In this document: positions 10,448 to 20,787 of the stretch, one piece after another
Numbering within the stretch: the stretch's first letter is position 1
Layout of the letters: the number at the start of each line of letters is the position of its first letter
Origin: Opitutia bacterium
GTDB lineage: Bacteria; Verrucomicrobiota; Verrucomicrobiia; Opitutales; Opitutaceae
Direction: 5' to 3'
Assembly (NCBI GenBank): GCA_947478395.1
Contig: CANJVR010000002.1
Coordinates: forward strand, 32,001 to 96,000
DNA: 64,000 nt
Program-made: the position numbers and the translations under genes
Notes under the pieces: generated by a model
Seen by the model: the letters and a program-made list of their open reading frames with translations, nothing else
What the model was told of the DNA's origin: nothing
Databases searched by the model: none

Positions 10448-11254
10448 TTACGCCAAGGTTTCGTTCACCACGGGATTCGTTAGCGCGCCGATCTTCTCGA
10501 TGTCGATCGTCACGATGTCGCCGGGCTTCAACCAGACGGGCGGATTGCGCGCGAAGCCCACGCCGTGGGGCGTGCCGGTGAGAATAACGGTGCCGGGGAG
10601 GAGGGTCTTGCTGCTGCTCAGGAACTCGATGATGGCCGGGACGTCGAAGATCATGTCGTCGGTATTCCAGTCCTGCATCGTCTCGCCATTGAGAATCGTG
10701 CGAATGCGCAGCGCATTTGGGTTGGGAATTTCGTCCCGGGTGACGAGCACGGGACCAAGCGGGCAGAACGTATCGAAGCCCTTGCCCTGGCACCACTGGC
10801 CGCCGCCGCCGTCGCGCTGCCAGTCGCGCGCTGATACGTCGTTGGCGCAGGTGTAGCCCAAAACGTAATCGAGCGCGTTGGCGCGGGAGACATTCTTGCA
10901 GCGCCGGCCGATGACCACCGCGAGTTCGCATTCGTAGTCCACCTTGGTGCTGGGAAGTTTCTGCGGAATTTCAATCGGGTCGCCGGGATTCTGGAGCGAT
11001 GCGGTGTTTTTGATAAAAAGCACCGGGTGGGGCGGGGTGGGGCTGTTGCTCTCGGCGGCGTGCTTTTTATAATTCAGGCCGATGCACGGGAGATTGGTGG
11101 GCACGATCGGCGCGAGCAACTTGCCGGGTTTCACCACCCGATCGGTCACACGGAAATCGCCGAGAATATCTCCGGTGATTTCGTGCGCGGACCCATCGGG
11201 TTGGAGCGCGGCGTAGGCGGGACCGGTTGGGGTAAGGTGACGGATGATTTTCAT
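10448..11254 (-). CDS. Fumarylacetoacetate hydrolase family protein
   Basis: CIGLNY, DYECEL, NDVSARD, KGFDTF, ILTGTP. Confidence 0.93.
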   Translation of the reverse strand: MKIIRHLTPTGPAYAALQPDGSAHEITGDILGDFRVTDRVVKPGKLLAPIVPTNLPCIGLNYKKHAAESNSPTPPHPVLFIKNTASLQNPGDPIEIPQKLPSTKVDYECELAVVIGRRCKNVSRANALDYVLGYTCANDVSARDWQRDGGGGQWCQGKGFDTFCPLGPVLVTRDEIPNPNALRIRTILNGETMQDWNTDDMIFDVPAIIEFLSSSKTLLPGTVILTGTPHGVGFARNPPVWLKPGDIVTIDIEKIGALTNPVVNETLA

Positions 11255-11392
11255 GCGGAGGAGCTACTATCGATGCCGCTGAAATGCCGCGTGGCAAGAG
11301 GACGTTGCAGGCGATTCGTGGCCGCCAAACCAGCGCATTGAGGATCGCGCGCCCCACCAGCAACGGCGTTGTTTCGGCTTAGGACCCGCGAC

Positions 11393-13087
11393 TTACACGC
11401 GGAAGATCGCACCCAGCTTTTTGCCCAGGAGCAGACTCATGCCGACAATCGTCACGCCGAGAAACACCATGGCCCAGACGCCGAGCGCGCTCGCGATGAA
11501 CTTCCCGTCGCCGAGCAATTGGAAGAGTTCCATGATCGCCTTCGTGATCGGATAAAACACCTGCTTCTGCGCGAGGATCAGGGAGTCGCTCACTTCCAGC
11601 ATCGCGAACGCGAACGCGAGCAGGCCACCCGCGATCAAATTGGCGGCGATGAGCGGGAGCGTGATCTTGATGACGGACTTCAGCGGCGGGCAGCCTAGAT
11701 TCTGCGCGGCTTCCTCGAGCGTTTCACTCGTCTGTTGAAAACCGGCGGCGGCGGAGCGCACCACGTACGGAAGACGCCGCACGGAGTACGCGATGATCAA
11801 AAGAATCGTCGGGTCGCGCACCGGGTTGATGAACTCGAAGAACTTTCCTTCCTGCGACATGGCGAGATAGCCGAAGGCCAGCACGAGCCCGGGCACGGCC
11901 AGCGGTAGCATCGAGAGAAAATCGAGCACCTGACGCCCCATGAGTTTCGTGCGCACCACGACGTAGGCGATGGCGATGCCAAGCACGACGTCGACCACGG
12001 TGGAGATGCTCGCAAACTTCAGACTGTTCGCGATCGCGGGCACCGTGAGATCGTGTCCGAGGGCGATGCGGAAATTATCGAGCGTGTAATGATGCGGAAA
12101 AACGGTCGCGTACCAGTCGCTCGAAAACGCCACCAGCAGCACGCCGAGGTGTGGCAACACGGCCACAAACGTCACACCGGCAAACAGCGCGGTGCAGAAC
12201 CACGCCTGCGCCGCGGGTATCGCGCGCGGACCGCCGGAGCTGGTGGCCTTCGCCATCATCGCGTGACCGCCGCGGCCGAAAAGACCTTTGCCGACCGCGT
12301 ACAGCGTGACCGAACTCACGAGCATTACCGCCACCAGCGCGTAGGGGAATGGATTTCCTCCGATGTCCTTAAGTCCATAGTAAATCTGGACGCTCGTCAC
12401 TTGCGCGTAGTCGAAAATGAGCGGCGTACCGAGTTCGGTAAATGCCCAGATGAAAACAATGGTGCCGCCGGCGAAGAGGCCCGGATTGATCAGTGGCAGC
12501 GTGATCTTCCAGAAACGGCGGAAGCCCGTGCAGCCGAGGTTTTGCGCGGCCTCTTCCATTGCCGGGTCGATGTTGGCAAGGGCCGCCACGGCGTTGAGGT
12601 AAATGATCGGGTAGAGCGTGAGCGATTCGACGATGGCGACGCCCCAAAACTGATTCGCGGCGAACCAGTCGAACGTCCAGCCAGCAGGGCGGAGGTGGAG
12701 CTGGATCAGCAGCGCGTTGAGCGCTCCATATTGGCCAAAAATCTGTTTGATGCCGATCGCGCCGACGAACGGCGGAAGAATCATCGGAATCAGGACGAGG
12801 GAGCCGAAAATATTTTTTAGCGGAAACAGAAAGCGGTCGCTGATGAAGGCCAGCGGCAGCGCGATCAAAAGCGCGAGCGTCGTGGTGGCGCAGGCGAGGA
12901 GGAAGGAGTTGCGTAGTCCTCCGAGATAAGTCGGATCCGCGAGCAGCGCGGTCAGGTAAGCAAATGTGACGTGGCCATCGGCATCGACAAAGCCGCCCTT
13001 GAGGATTTGAAAAATCGGCCAAAGGAAAAACGCGGCGAAGAACGCGGCGGTAAGTCCGAAGACGAGACGCGCAAACGAAGTCGACAT
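11393..13087 (-). CDS. Fe(III)/thiamine-type ABC transporter permease (duplicated, FbpB-like)
   Basis: Two EAA loops (EEAAQNLG twice), about 12 TM helices. Confidence 0.88.
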   Translation of the reverse strand: MSTSFARLVFGLTAAFFAAFFLWPIFQILKGGFVDADGHVTFAYLTALLADPTYLGGLRNSFLLACATTTLALLIALPLAFISDRFLFPLKNIFGSLVLIPMILPPFVGAIGIKQIFGQYGALNALLIQLHLRPAGWTFDWFAANQFWGVAIVESLTLYPIIYLNAVAALANIDPAMEEAAQNLGCTGFRRFWKITLPLINPGLFAGGTIVFIWAFTELGTPLIFDYAQVTSVQIYYGLKDIGGNPFPYALVAVMLVSSVTLYAVGKGLFGRGGHAMMAKATSSGGPRAIPAAQAWFCTALFAGVTFVAVLPHLGVLLVAFSSDWYATVFPHHYTLDNFRIALGHDLTVPAIANSLKFASISTVVDVVLGIAIAYVVVRTKLMGRQVLDFLSMLPLAVPGLVLAFGYLAMSQEGKFFEFINPVRDPTILLIIAYSVRRLPYVVRSAAAGFQQTSETLEEAAQNLGCPPLKSVIKITLPLIAANLIAGGLLAFAFAMLEVSDSLILAQKQVFYPITKAIMELFQLLGDGKFIASALGVWAMVFLGVTIVGMSLLLGKKLGAIFRV

Positions 13088-13256
13088 CTGGACCGGAGCT
13101 TGGCGATCGAGCCGAGCGAGCGGCAAGGCCGAAGTGGGGTACCGAAAAACGACGCGAGTGATGCCCGCTCTTGAGCGGGGTGCCTGTTCGGAGCGGGGTG
13201 CGTTGCAGCGGCTGCCCGAGCTTGCCTGGTCCGTTCCCGTCCCCAACTTCACCACC

Positions 13257-14201
13257 ATGCAAACCCCGTCATCGCTCCTCCGTTGCTGGTTTTTTGCGGC
13301 CATCCTCACCGCACCCCTGCTCGGCCAGATCAACACGGTTCAGACCGTTGTCCCTTCGGTCTATTTTCACGAAGGGGATCCGCGGCGCGGTCACAGCAAC
13401 AATGGCTGGATCGTTCTCGCCGATTTTGTCGTCGTGATTGATGCCAATTATCCGTCGGGCGCGCAGATCGTGATGCCGAAGGTGAAGGAAACGTCCGACA
13501 AGCCGGTCCGCCTCGTTTTCGATACGCATCACCATGCCGATCACGCCTACGGCAACAAACTCTGGGCCGACGCCGGAGCGCTCCTCGTGGCGAGTTCGGG
13601 GATGCTCGAGGAAATGAAGCTCGTCGATTCGGGCGCGTTCGGCGGAGCGCCCGGTCGCTGGGAGGCGGTCGCGGAAAAACGCCCGGACGTGGCCGCATCG
13701 AAGCTGAAGCCGCCCGTGATGCTTTTCCCGAAGGAGCTGGTGATCGACGACGGCCAGACGCGCATCGAGCTGCGGACGTTCGGCTGGGGGCACACGCGTG
13801 GCGATGCCTTTGCCTGGCTGCCGAAGGAGAAAATTCTTTTCACGGGCGACGCCTGTGTGAACGGCCCGCATAACAACGTGGCCGACGGGAATATTTCCGA
13901 GTGGATCAAGGTGCTCGAACTGGTGAAGCAGCTCGGCGCGGAAAAAGTGTGCCCGGGCCACGGTCCGATGGGCGGTCCTGAAATCATCGCGGACCAGCAA
14001 AGTTTCTTCATCGAACTGCAACGGGCGGTGCGGCCGCTGTGGGATCAGAAGAAGACGTCCGCCGACGTGAAAGCCGCGGCGAACGCGATTGGCGAGGAGC
14101 TGAAGAAAAATCCGCGCATCGCCCGCTACGTGGGCGGCGCGATCGGCTCGCAAGTGCAGAAAGTTTGGACGGAGTTCGGCGGCGAGCCGTTTCCGAAGTA
14201 G
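13257..14201 (+). CDS. Secreted metallo-beta-lactamase-fold hydrolase (cyclase-like)
   Basis: THHHADHAYGN, GHTRGD, FTGD, PGHG; hydrophobic N-terminus. Confidence 0.88.
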   Translation: MQTPSSLLRCWFFAAILTAPLLGQINTVQTVVPSVYFHEGDPRRGHSNNGWIVLADFVVVIDANYPSGAQIVMPKVKETSDKPVRLVFDTHHHADHAYGNKLWADAGALLVASSGMLEEMKLVDSGAFGGAPGRWEAVAEKRPDVAASKLKPPVMLFPKELVIDDGQTRIELRTFGWGHTRGDAFAWLPKEKILFTGDACVNGPHNNVADGNISEWIKVLELVKQLGAEKVCPGHGPMGGPEIIADQQSFFIELQRAVRPLWDQKKTSADVKAAANAIGEELKKNPRIARYVGGAIGSQVQKVWTEFGGEPFPK

Positions 14202-14446
14202 AGCCGAGGTACGAAACCCGGCCCGTCCTGCGGGCACCGCTTTCCTAGGGGGAAGTCAGACTCTATTGAGCCGTAGCTCATAAAATTATCCCCTCGAGAA
14301 GGGGGCCGAACGGTGGCCGGGCAGCACGCCTAAGATGGACGCGGTCGTTTTTTGAAACGGCCGGAAATTCTTTGCAACCGTTGCATAACCGGACACGGGT
14401 CGAAGGCGGTAAACCGGCCGATATTTGGCTTTTACCTTTTTCACCC

Positions 14447-17149
14447 ATGAAATCGTTCCTTACTGCACAGTGCCGTCGCGCGCTCGTTGTGTTTTTGCTT
14501 ATGTTTGGCTCGCTCGCCCGGACCGCAGTGGCCGCCGATGCCCGCTATTCGCCGCCGGCTACACCCCGAGCGACGTATAATTTCAATCCAGGATGGAAGT
14601 TTTCGTTCGGCGACGCGACCGGTGCCGATCAGCCGGCGTTCGATGATGCGAAATGGGCCAACGTGAGTCTGCCGCACACGTGGAATGAGACCGACACGTT
14701 TCGCGCCTACATCAGCCACAGTGGCGGCGACCAAAGCGAAAAGATGTTCGGCATCGGCTGGTACCGGAAACATTTCAAGCTGCCCGCCAGCGCTGATGGT
14801 GGAAAAGTTTTCATCCAATTCGACGGCATGCGCCAAGCCGGCTGGTTCTTCGTCAATGGCCAGCCCGTCGGCAAATATGAAAACGGCATCACGGCTGTAG
14901 GCCTCGACGTCACTAACTTTGTGAAGTTCGGCGATCAGGACAACGTCCTCGCGGTGAAGGTGGACAACAGCCCGGGCTACAAAGAAGAGGCCACCGGCAC
15001 GCCGTTTTTGTGGAACGCGAAGGACTTCAACCCCAACTTCGGCGGGCTCAATCGCGACGCGACGCTGATCGTCGCCAGCAAAATTTATCAGACGCTGCCG
15101 CTCTTCGAAAACCTCAAGACGACGGGCGTTTATGTTTACTCGGACGCCATCGACCTGAAGCAGAAATCGGCGGAAGTGAAGGTGGAGTCCCAAGTCATCA
15201 ACGAGACCGGCGACTATGCGTCGATCACGCTTTCCGCCGTAATCGTCGATGCGGATGGCGTCGTGCGGGCGAAGTTAGAGGGCAACACGTCCGACCTCGT
15301 GGCGGGGCAGTCTGAAATTTTCACGGCGGCCGGCACGCTCGCCGGCGCGCGTTTTTGGGATGTGAAAGATCCTTATCTCTATCGCGTTTATTCGATGCTC
15401 AGTGTGAACGGAAAAGTCGTTGATGTGTGCGAGATCACGACGGGTTTCCGCCAGACTGAGTTCAAGGGTGGTGCCGGCACGGGCGGCGTTTGGCTGAACG
15501 GCCGTTTCGTCTGGCTCACCGGCTATGCGATCCGCTCGGCCAACGACTGGGCTGGTCTCGGTGGCGCGTATCCGGACTGGATGCACGACTTCACCCTGAA
15601 CATGGTGCGCGAAAGCAACGGCAATTTTATGCGCTGGATGCACGTCGCGCCGCAGCGGGCTGACTCTGATGCGTGTGATCGGCTCGGCATCGTGCAAGTG
15701 TGCCCCGCGGGCGATAAAGAGCGTATGGTCACGGGCCGCCAGTGGGACCAACGCGCCGAAGTGATGCGCGACACGATGATTTTCTACCGCAACAGTCCCA
15801 GTATCTTTTTCTGGGAGGCGGGGAACACCATCGTTTCGCCCGAGCAAATGATCCAGATGGTCGCGATGCGTAAGGAACTCGACCCGCACGGCGGCCGCGT
15901 CATGGGTACGCGCGACAACGATCTCGCCGACGCCAACAAGGCGCTGACGCCGATGTCGGAGTTTTACGGCGTGATGATCGGGCAGGCGCCGCAGACGGAT
16001 GCGATCAAGGGCGACGATATTTTCCGCGGGTACGCGATCAACCGCCGCGACAAGGCGCCGTTAATCGAGACCGAGGATTTTCGCGACGAAGCAGGACGTA
16101 ACGTCTGGGATGAATTTTCACCGCCGCATTTCGGCTTTAAGCCGAAGAGTGGCACGGGACGCGACGGGCGGCCCGTGGATAGCTGGCATTGGAACTCCGA
16201 GTCGTTCTGCCTCGCCGCCACCACGCGCTACGCGAGTTACGCCCGCAATCGCATCGATAATCCTGATCCCGCGCACTCCAAGTGGTCGGCCTATTGCTCG
16301 ATCTATTTTGCCGATTCCGACGCCGACGGGCGCCAGACCGGGAGCTATGTGCTGCGCGTGAGCGGCAAGGTCGACGGCGTACGTATTCCGAAGTCACTCT
16401 ACGATGTGTCACGCGTGATGCAGAACGAGCAGCCGGACATCCACATCATCGGTCACTGGAATTATCCTTCCGACACCAAGAAGACCACGTATGTCGCGGC
16501 GTCGAACTGCGAGCAGGTGGAACTCCTCCTCAACGGCAAGTCACTCGGCGTCCAGTCGAAGGTCTTTAAATTCGTCGATACGTTCGGTGGCCGGGGCCCG
16601 GGTTCGGAAGAACGGAATGCGGGCATTGACACCGGTTTCGTCTACGCCTTTCCCGACGTCGTCTTCGCGCCCGGCACGCTCAAGGCCGTTGCGAGTAGGG
16701 GTGGCAAAGTTGTTGCGCAACAGGAGCTGCAGACCGCCAGCGAGCCGAAGGCAATCAAGCTCACGCTTCGCACCGGTCCGAAAGGCTTGCAGGCCGACGG
16801 CAGCGATGTGGCGTTGATCGATTTCGAGGTCGTCGATGGCCAGGGCCGCCGTTGCCCGACCGATGAGGCGCGCGTGGATTTTGCGGTCTCGGGGCCGTTG
16901 GTCTGGCGCGGCGGATTCAACGCCGCGAAGCTCGACACGACGAACAACCTGTTCCTCGACACCGAGTGCGGGATCAACCGCGTGGCGGTGCGTTCGACGC
17001 TGACGGCGGGCGAGATCACGGTGACAGCGACGCGCGCCGGACTGACGCCCGCGACGGTTAAGATCCAATCGAAACCCGTGGAAATCGCGGGTGGCCTCGG
17101 CCGCGATCGTCCGCCGGTACCGTCGGGACCAGTAGCGATGGCGCGGTAA
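14447..17149 (+). CDS. Secreted glycoside hydrolase family 2 (DUF4982-containing)
   Basis: NFNPGWKF, VSLPHTWN, GWYRKHF, CDRLGI, RNSPSIFFWEAGN, C-terminal Ig domains. Confidence 0.85.
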   Translation: MKSFLTAQCRRALVVFLLMFGSLARTAVAADARYSPPATPRATYNFNPGWKFSFGDATGADQPAFDDAKWANVSLPHTWNETDTFRAYISHSGGDQSEKMFGIGWYRKHFKLPASADGGKVFIQFDGMRQAGWFFVNGQPVGKYENGITAVGLDVTNFVKFGDQDNVLAVKVDNSPGYKEEATGTPFLWNAKDFNPNFGGLNRDATLIVASKIYQTLPLFENLKTTGVYVYSDAIDLKQKSAEVKVESQVINETGDYASITLSAVIVDADGVVRAKLEGNTSDLVAGQSEIFTAAGTLAGARFWDVKDPYLYRVYSMLSVNGKVVDVCEITTGFRQTEFKGGAGTGGVWLNGRFVWLTGYAIRSANDWAGLGGAYPDWMHDFTLNMVRESNGNFMRWMHVAPQRADSDACDRLGIVQVCPAGDKERMVTGRQWDQRAEVMRDTMIFYRNSPSIFFWEAGNTIVSPEQMIQMVAMRKELDPHGGRVMGTRDNDLADANKALTPMSEFYGVMIGQAPQTDAIKGDDIFRGYAINRRDKAPLIETEDFRDEAGRNVWDEFSPPHFGFKPKSGTGRDGRPVDSWHWNSESFCLAATTRYASYARNRIDNPDPAHSKWSAYCSIYFADSDADGRQTGSYVLRVSGKVDGVRIPKSLYDVSRVMQNEQPDIHIIGHWNYPSDTKKTTYVAASNCEQVELLLNGKSLGVQSKVFKFVDTFGGRGPGSEERNAGIDTGFVYAFPDVVFAPGTLKAVASRGGKVVAQQELQTASEPKAIKLTLRTGPKGLQADGSDVALIDFEVVDGQGRRCPTDEARVDFAVSGPLVWRGGFNAAKLDTTNNLFLDTECGINRVAVRSTLTAGEITVTATRAGLTPATVKIQSKPVEIAGGLGRDRPPVPSGPVAMAR

Positions 17150-17165
17150 TGCGGTAACGAGCACG

Positions 17166-17244
17166 GTGGGCGGGGTGCGCTCACCCCGCTGGGGCGCCGC
17201 CAGTTCGACAAGGCATTTGCGGGGTGAAGGCGCACCCCACCCAC
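17166..17244. repeat. REP-like doublet, family D (GTGG-initiated)
   Basis: GTGG-GCGGGGTG-CGCT-CACCCCGC plus inverted arm GCGGGGTG-AAGGCG-CACCCCAC-CCAC just after the GH2 stop. Confidence 0.7.
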
Positions 17245-17405
17245 AGCTCTCACGCGCGTGGTGGGCGAACGCCGTGGGTTCATCCTGGTGACGGGCATTG
17301 CCAGGTCGAAACCCCGTTTAGGAATCGACCGGGCCGAGGCACGGATTTGGCTTCGCGCGGAATTTGCGCTCGCCAGCCGCGCACTCCGAACCCCGAATCT
17401 TACGG

Positions 17406-18020
17406 GTGCCCCGCCTCCTTTTCTACACGCTCGTGGTCCTACTCGGTATTCTGAGCATGGGTTTTCAATTGCTCGCTTCGCGACTGCTCAATCCGCATTT
17501 CGGCTCTTCGCTCATCGTCTGGGCGTGGTTGATCTCGACGTTTCTCGCCGCCTTCAGTCTGGGCTCCATCGTGGGCGGCTGGATCAGCAACGCCCCGACG
17601 CCGCAGCGTGAACGCGCCCAGCTGGTCGGCGCCGTGCTCGCGGTCCTATCCTTGGCCTTCACGGCGTTTTTCGGCCGGTCTGTGCTCGATCAAATCGAGA
17701 TCGCATTCACCGAATTGACCACGGGGCTGCTGATCTCGTGTTTGGGCTTATTTTTCCTGCCGGTAACGATGTTGTCGTCATTTGGGCCGCAATGCGTGCA
17801 ACACCTCGCGGCCCTCGGGACACCGCCGGGCAAGGCCTCGGGGCTCGTCTACGGCGTAAGCACGCTCGGAAATATCGCGGGCGTGATGCTCACCGCCTTC
17901 GTGCTGATTCCGCATCTGCCGGTGTCGACATTGCTCTACCTCTGGCTGGGCGTCGCGGTGCTCAGCTTGGGCGCTCTCATCGTCATCCTGCGTGCGCGTT
18001 CGAGGCTCCCTTCTTCATGA
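17406..18020 (+). CDS. About 6-TM membrane protein, N-terminal half of the 'fused MFS/spermidine synthase' family
   Basis: SRLLNPHFGSSLIVWAWLISTFLAAFSLG and GLVYGVSTLGNIAGVMLTAFVLIP motifs; GTG start inferred. Confidence 0.8.
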   Translation: MPRLLFYTLVVLLGILSMGFQLLASRLLNPHFGSSLIVWAWLISTFLAAFSLGSIVGGWISNAPTPQRERAQLVGAVLAVLSLAFTAFFGRSVLDQIEIAFTELTTGLLISCLGLFFLPVTMLSSFGPQCVQHLAALGTPPGKASGLVYGVSTLGNIAGVMLTAFVLIPHLPVSTLLYLWLGVAVLSLGALIVILRARSRLPSS

Positions 18021-18943
18021 AAAAACTGTTCGTTCTCACGCTGATTTCGCTCGGGTTAGCATCGCCGGCTTGGTCGGCCGCGTCGGCCATCGCGCCCGAC
18101 TACACGGAAAGCTACGACACGCCGTACAACAATCTCACCGTGCAGAAAATCGGTTCCGTCGTTGAACTGCGCGCCCGTTCGCGCGCCGCGGAATATCTGG
18201 AGTCGGCCGTTGATCTCAGCGATCCGCTCCGACTCGTCGTACCGTATACTCGTTCGCTGTTTGGCGCGGTTTTTCTCGAACCGAAACCGAAGGCCGTGCT
18301 CATGATTGGTCTCGGCGGCGCCGGATTTCACCGCGTGTTCTCCCATGGCTTTCCGGGGGCGTTGCTGCAGACGGTCGAGCTTGATCCGAAGGTCTTCGAA
18401 CTGTGTCAGTCCCGGCTGAATTTTCTGCCAACGGATAAGACGCCCGTGGCGACCATGGACGGCCGCCTCTACGTGAAACGTTCCAAGCAAATGTGGGACT
18501 GGCTCATCCTCGACGCATTTCGCGCCGGGTTTGTCCCGCCGCATCTGAAGACGCAGGAATTCTACCGCGAATGCGCGGCGCACATGAGCGACCGCGGGGT
18601 ATTCGTGACCAATCTTCATGCCACGACCGAGCTCTACGCGTCGGATCTGAAAACCATTCAGTCGGTATTTCCGCAGGTGATCCTGTTTCAGACGCCGGGC
18701 CGCGGCAACGTGATCGCGTGTGCGGTCAAATACACCACACCGTCGATCAGCGATCCCGCCAAATGGGCGGCGGTGGCAGAGCTTAACCCGATGCTGGCCT
18801 CACGGGTGAATTTCAAGGAACTGGCGGATGAGAAGACCGATGTCCCGGTTAATACCGGACGTATCGCCCGCGTGTTGACGGACGATTTTTCGCCCGTCGA
18901 GTTTCTCGATGCGATGAAGGTGAACAACACGAAGGCGCATTGA
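18017..18943 (+). CDS. Spermidine-synthase-like class I SAM-fold protein with predicted signal peptide
   Basis: VLMIGLGGAG, VELDP, DGRLYV, DWLILDAF, PPHLKTQEFY, LTDDFSPVE; ATGA overlap with upstream gene. Confidence 0.85.
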   Translation: MKKLFVLTLISLGLASPAWSAASAIAPDYTESYDTPYNNLTVQKIGSVVELRARSRAAEYLESAVDLSDPLRLVVPYTRSLFGAVFLEPKPKAVLMIGLGGAGFHRVFSHGFPGALLQTVELDPKVFELCQSRLNFLPTDKTPVATMDGRLYVKRSKQMWDWLILDAFRAGFVPPHLKTQEFYRECAAHMSDRGVFVTNLHATTELYASDLKTIQSVFPQVILFQTPGRGNVIACAVKYTTPSISDPAKWAAVAELNPMLASRVNFKELADEKTDVPVNTGRIARVLTDDFSPVEFLDAMKVNNTKAH

Positions 18944-18985
18944 AACGCGTTTGGCTTCACCGAAATTTTATCCAAATTATTCCCC

Positions 18986-20515
18986 ATGGCTTTTTTCATT
19001 GGCATCGATTCCGGCACCCAGAGCACGAAGGCGGTTGTGCTCGATCTCGCCGCACGCACCGTGATCGCCGAGGCGCGCGCGTCGCATCAATTGATCGGCG
19101 GCCTGCCCGTCGGTCACATGGAACAGCACCCCGCGGATTGGGTGGCGGCCCTCGACAGGGTGCTGCGTGACGTCGTCGCAAAGATCGGCCCGGACCGCGC
19201 GCAACGCGTCCGCGGCATCGGGGTGTCGGGCCAGCAACATGGCTTTGTCCCGCTCGACGCAGAGGGAAACGTCATACGTCCGGCCAAGCTTTGGTGCGAT
19301 ACCAGCACGACCGAAGAGTGCGCGATTATCACCAAGAAGCTTGGTGGGCCAAAGGGGGCGATCCGGAAAACGGGCAATCTCATTCTACCCGGTTTCACCG
19401 CGCCGAAAATTCTCTGGTTGAAGCGTCACGAGCCGGCGAACTACCGGCGGCTGCGTCACGTGCTGCTGCCGCACGACTACCTGAATTTTTATCTCACCGG
19501 CAATTATCACATGGAGTTGGGCGACGCCTCGGGCACGGCGCTCATGGATGTGCGCCGGCGCGTTTGGTCGAAAGACGCAATCAACGCGATCGACCGGAAT
19601 CTCGCGAAATTTCTCCCGTCGCTGTCGGCCTCGCACGAAGCCGCCGGACTCTTGCTTCCGGCGCTCGCGGTTAAATACGGCTTTTCGCCCGACGTCGTGA
19701 TCAGCGCCGGCGGCGGCGACAACATGATGGGTGCGATCGGCACCGGGAACGTCGAGCCGGGCGTCGTGACGGCGAGCTTCGGCACGAGCGGGACCATTTA
19801 CGCTTATGCCGCGAAACCGGTGATCGATCCGCAGGGCGAGATCGCGGCGTTTTCGTCGTCGAGCGGGGGCTGGCTGCCGCTGCTCTGCACGATGAACGTG
19901 ACCACGGTGACTGAGCAGGTGCGCGCGCTTTTCGGGCAGGACCATGCGGCGCTTAACGCCGCGGTGAGTTCCGCGCCGGTGGGTGCGGGCGGTCTCCTGC
20001 TCTTGCCATATTTCGCCGGAGAGCGGACGCCTAACGTCCCAGATGGTTCGGGCGTGCTGCTCGGACTAAACGGAAACAATTTCAGTTCAGCCCACCTTGC
20101 TCGCGCCGCGATGGAAGGCGTAACGCTCGGCATGAACTATGGCCTGCGGCGATTGGCCGCGCTCGGCGTGAAGGCCAAAGAGATTCGAGTGACGGGCGGT
20201 GGCGCGAAGTCGCCCGTATGGCGGCAGATCATGGCCGACGTCTTCGGCGTGCCAGTCGTGGCGATGGTGGAAGAGGAAGGCGCGGCACTCGGCGGAGCGC
20301 TGCAAGCCGCCTGGTGCGTGGCGCGGCGCGAAGGAAATAAAAAAGCGCGCCTCACCGATTTCACGACGGGCACGGTCGCGTTGGACGAAACGACCCGCTG
20401 CACCCCGAACAAAGCGAATGTAACTCGCTATCGTGAGTTGCAGGTTTTGCAGGATGAATTGAGCCGGTCACTGCGCGGAGTGTTCGCCGCCCAGCGGAAG
20501 TTTGCGGCCGGCTGA
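18986..20515 (+). CDS. xylB: Xylulokinase (FGGY family)
   Basis: IGIDSGTQSTK, GVSGQQHG, KLWCD, GFTAPKILW, GGGDN, GERTP. Confidence 0.9.
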   Translation: MAFFIGIDSGTQSTKAVVLDLAARTVIAEARASHQLIGGLPVGHMEQHPADWVAALDRVLRDVVAKIGPDRAQRVRGIGVSGQQHGFVPLDAEGNVIRPAKLWCDTSTTEECAIITKKLGGPKGAIRKTGNLILPGFTAPKILWLKRHEPANYRRLRHVLLPHDYLNFYLTGNYHMELGDASGTALMDVRRRVWSKDAINAIDRNLAKFLPSLSASHEAAGLLLPALAVKYGFSPDVVISAGGGDNMMGAIGTGNVEPGVVTASFGTSGTIYAYAAKPVIDPQGEIAAFSSSSGGWLPLLCTMNVTTVTEQVRALFGQDHAALNAAVSSAPVGAGGLLLLPYFAGERTPNVPDGSGVLLGLNGNNFSSAHLARAAMEGVTLGMNYGLRRLAALGVKAKEIRVTGGGAKSPVWRQIMADVFGVPVVAMVEEEGAALGGALQAAWCVARREGNKKARLTDFTTGTVALDETTRCTPNKANVTRYRELQVLQDELSRSLRGVFAAQRKFAAG

Positions 20516-20787
20516 TTTCGCTTGGGCTATTCGAAAAAAATCTCGCCTGCGGGAAATTGATTTTCGGCATCGGGCCACCCCGATGCTTAACCGACGAAAA
20601 TTTGTCGGCAGCGTGGCGGCCTTCGTCGCCGCCGGTTGTTGCGCAGTGGGGCGTGGGAGCCTGGTCGGCGCGCGCGGCCGGAGGATTGAGTCCTTGCACG
20701 CAGAAAGACTGTCAGGAAGAGTCCGGCTCCTTTTCGCGCGTCTTGTTGGGCCGGGACGCGTTAACCCCTTTGTCCCCGCAAATCCCC

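Noticed and set aside
10380..10931. 600-aa ORF 9129..10931 as a single protein
   Set aside because: The 5' extension overlaps the FAH gene in another frame and is Arg-rich and non-protein-like; the ATG at 10379 is preferred.
14202..14310. Additional repeat family after the MBL gene (also weak hairpins at about 4800, 6680 and 22367)
   Set aside because: Too degenerate, and no second clear copy in the window to define them.
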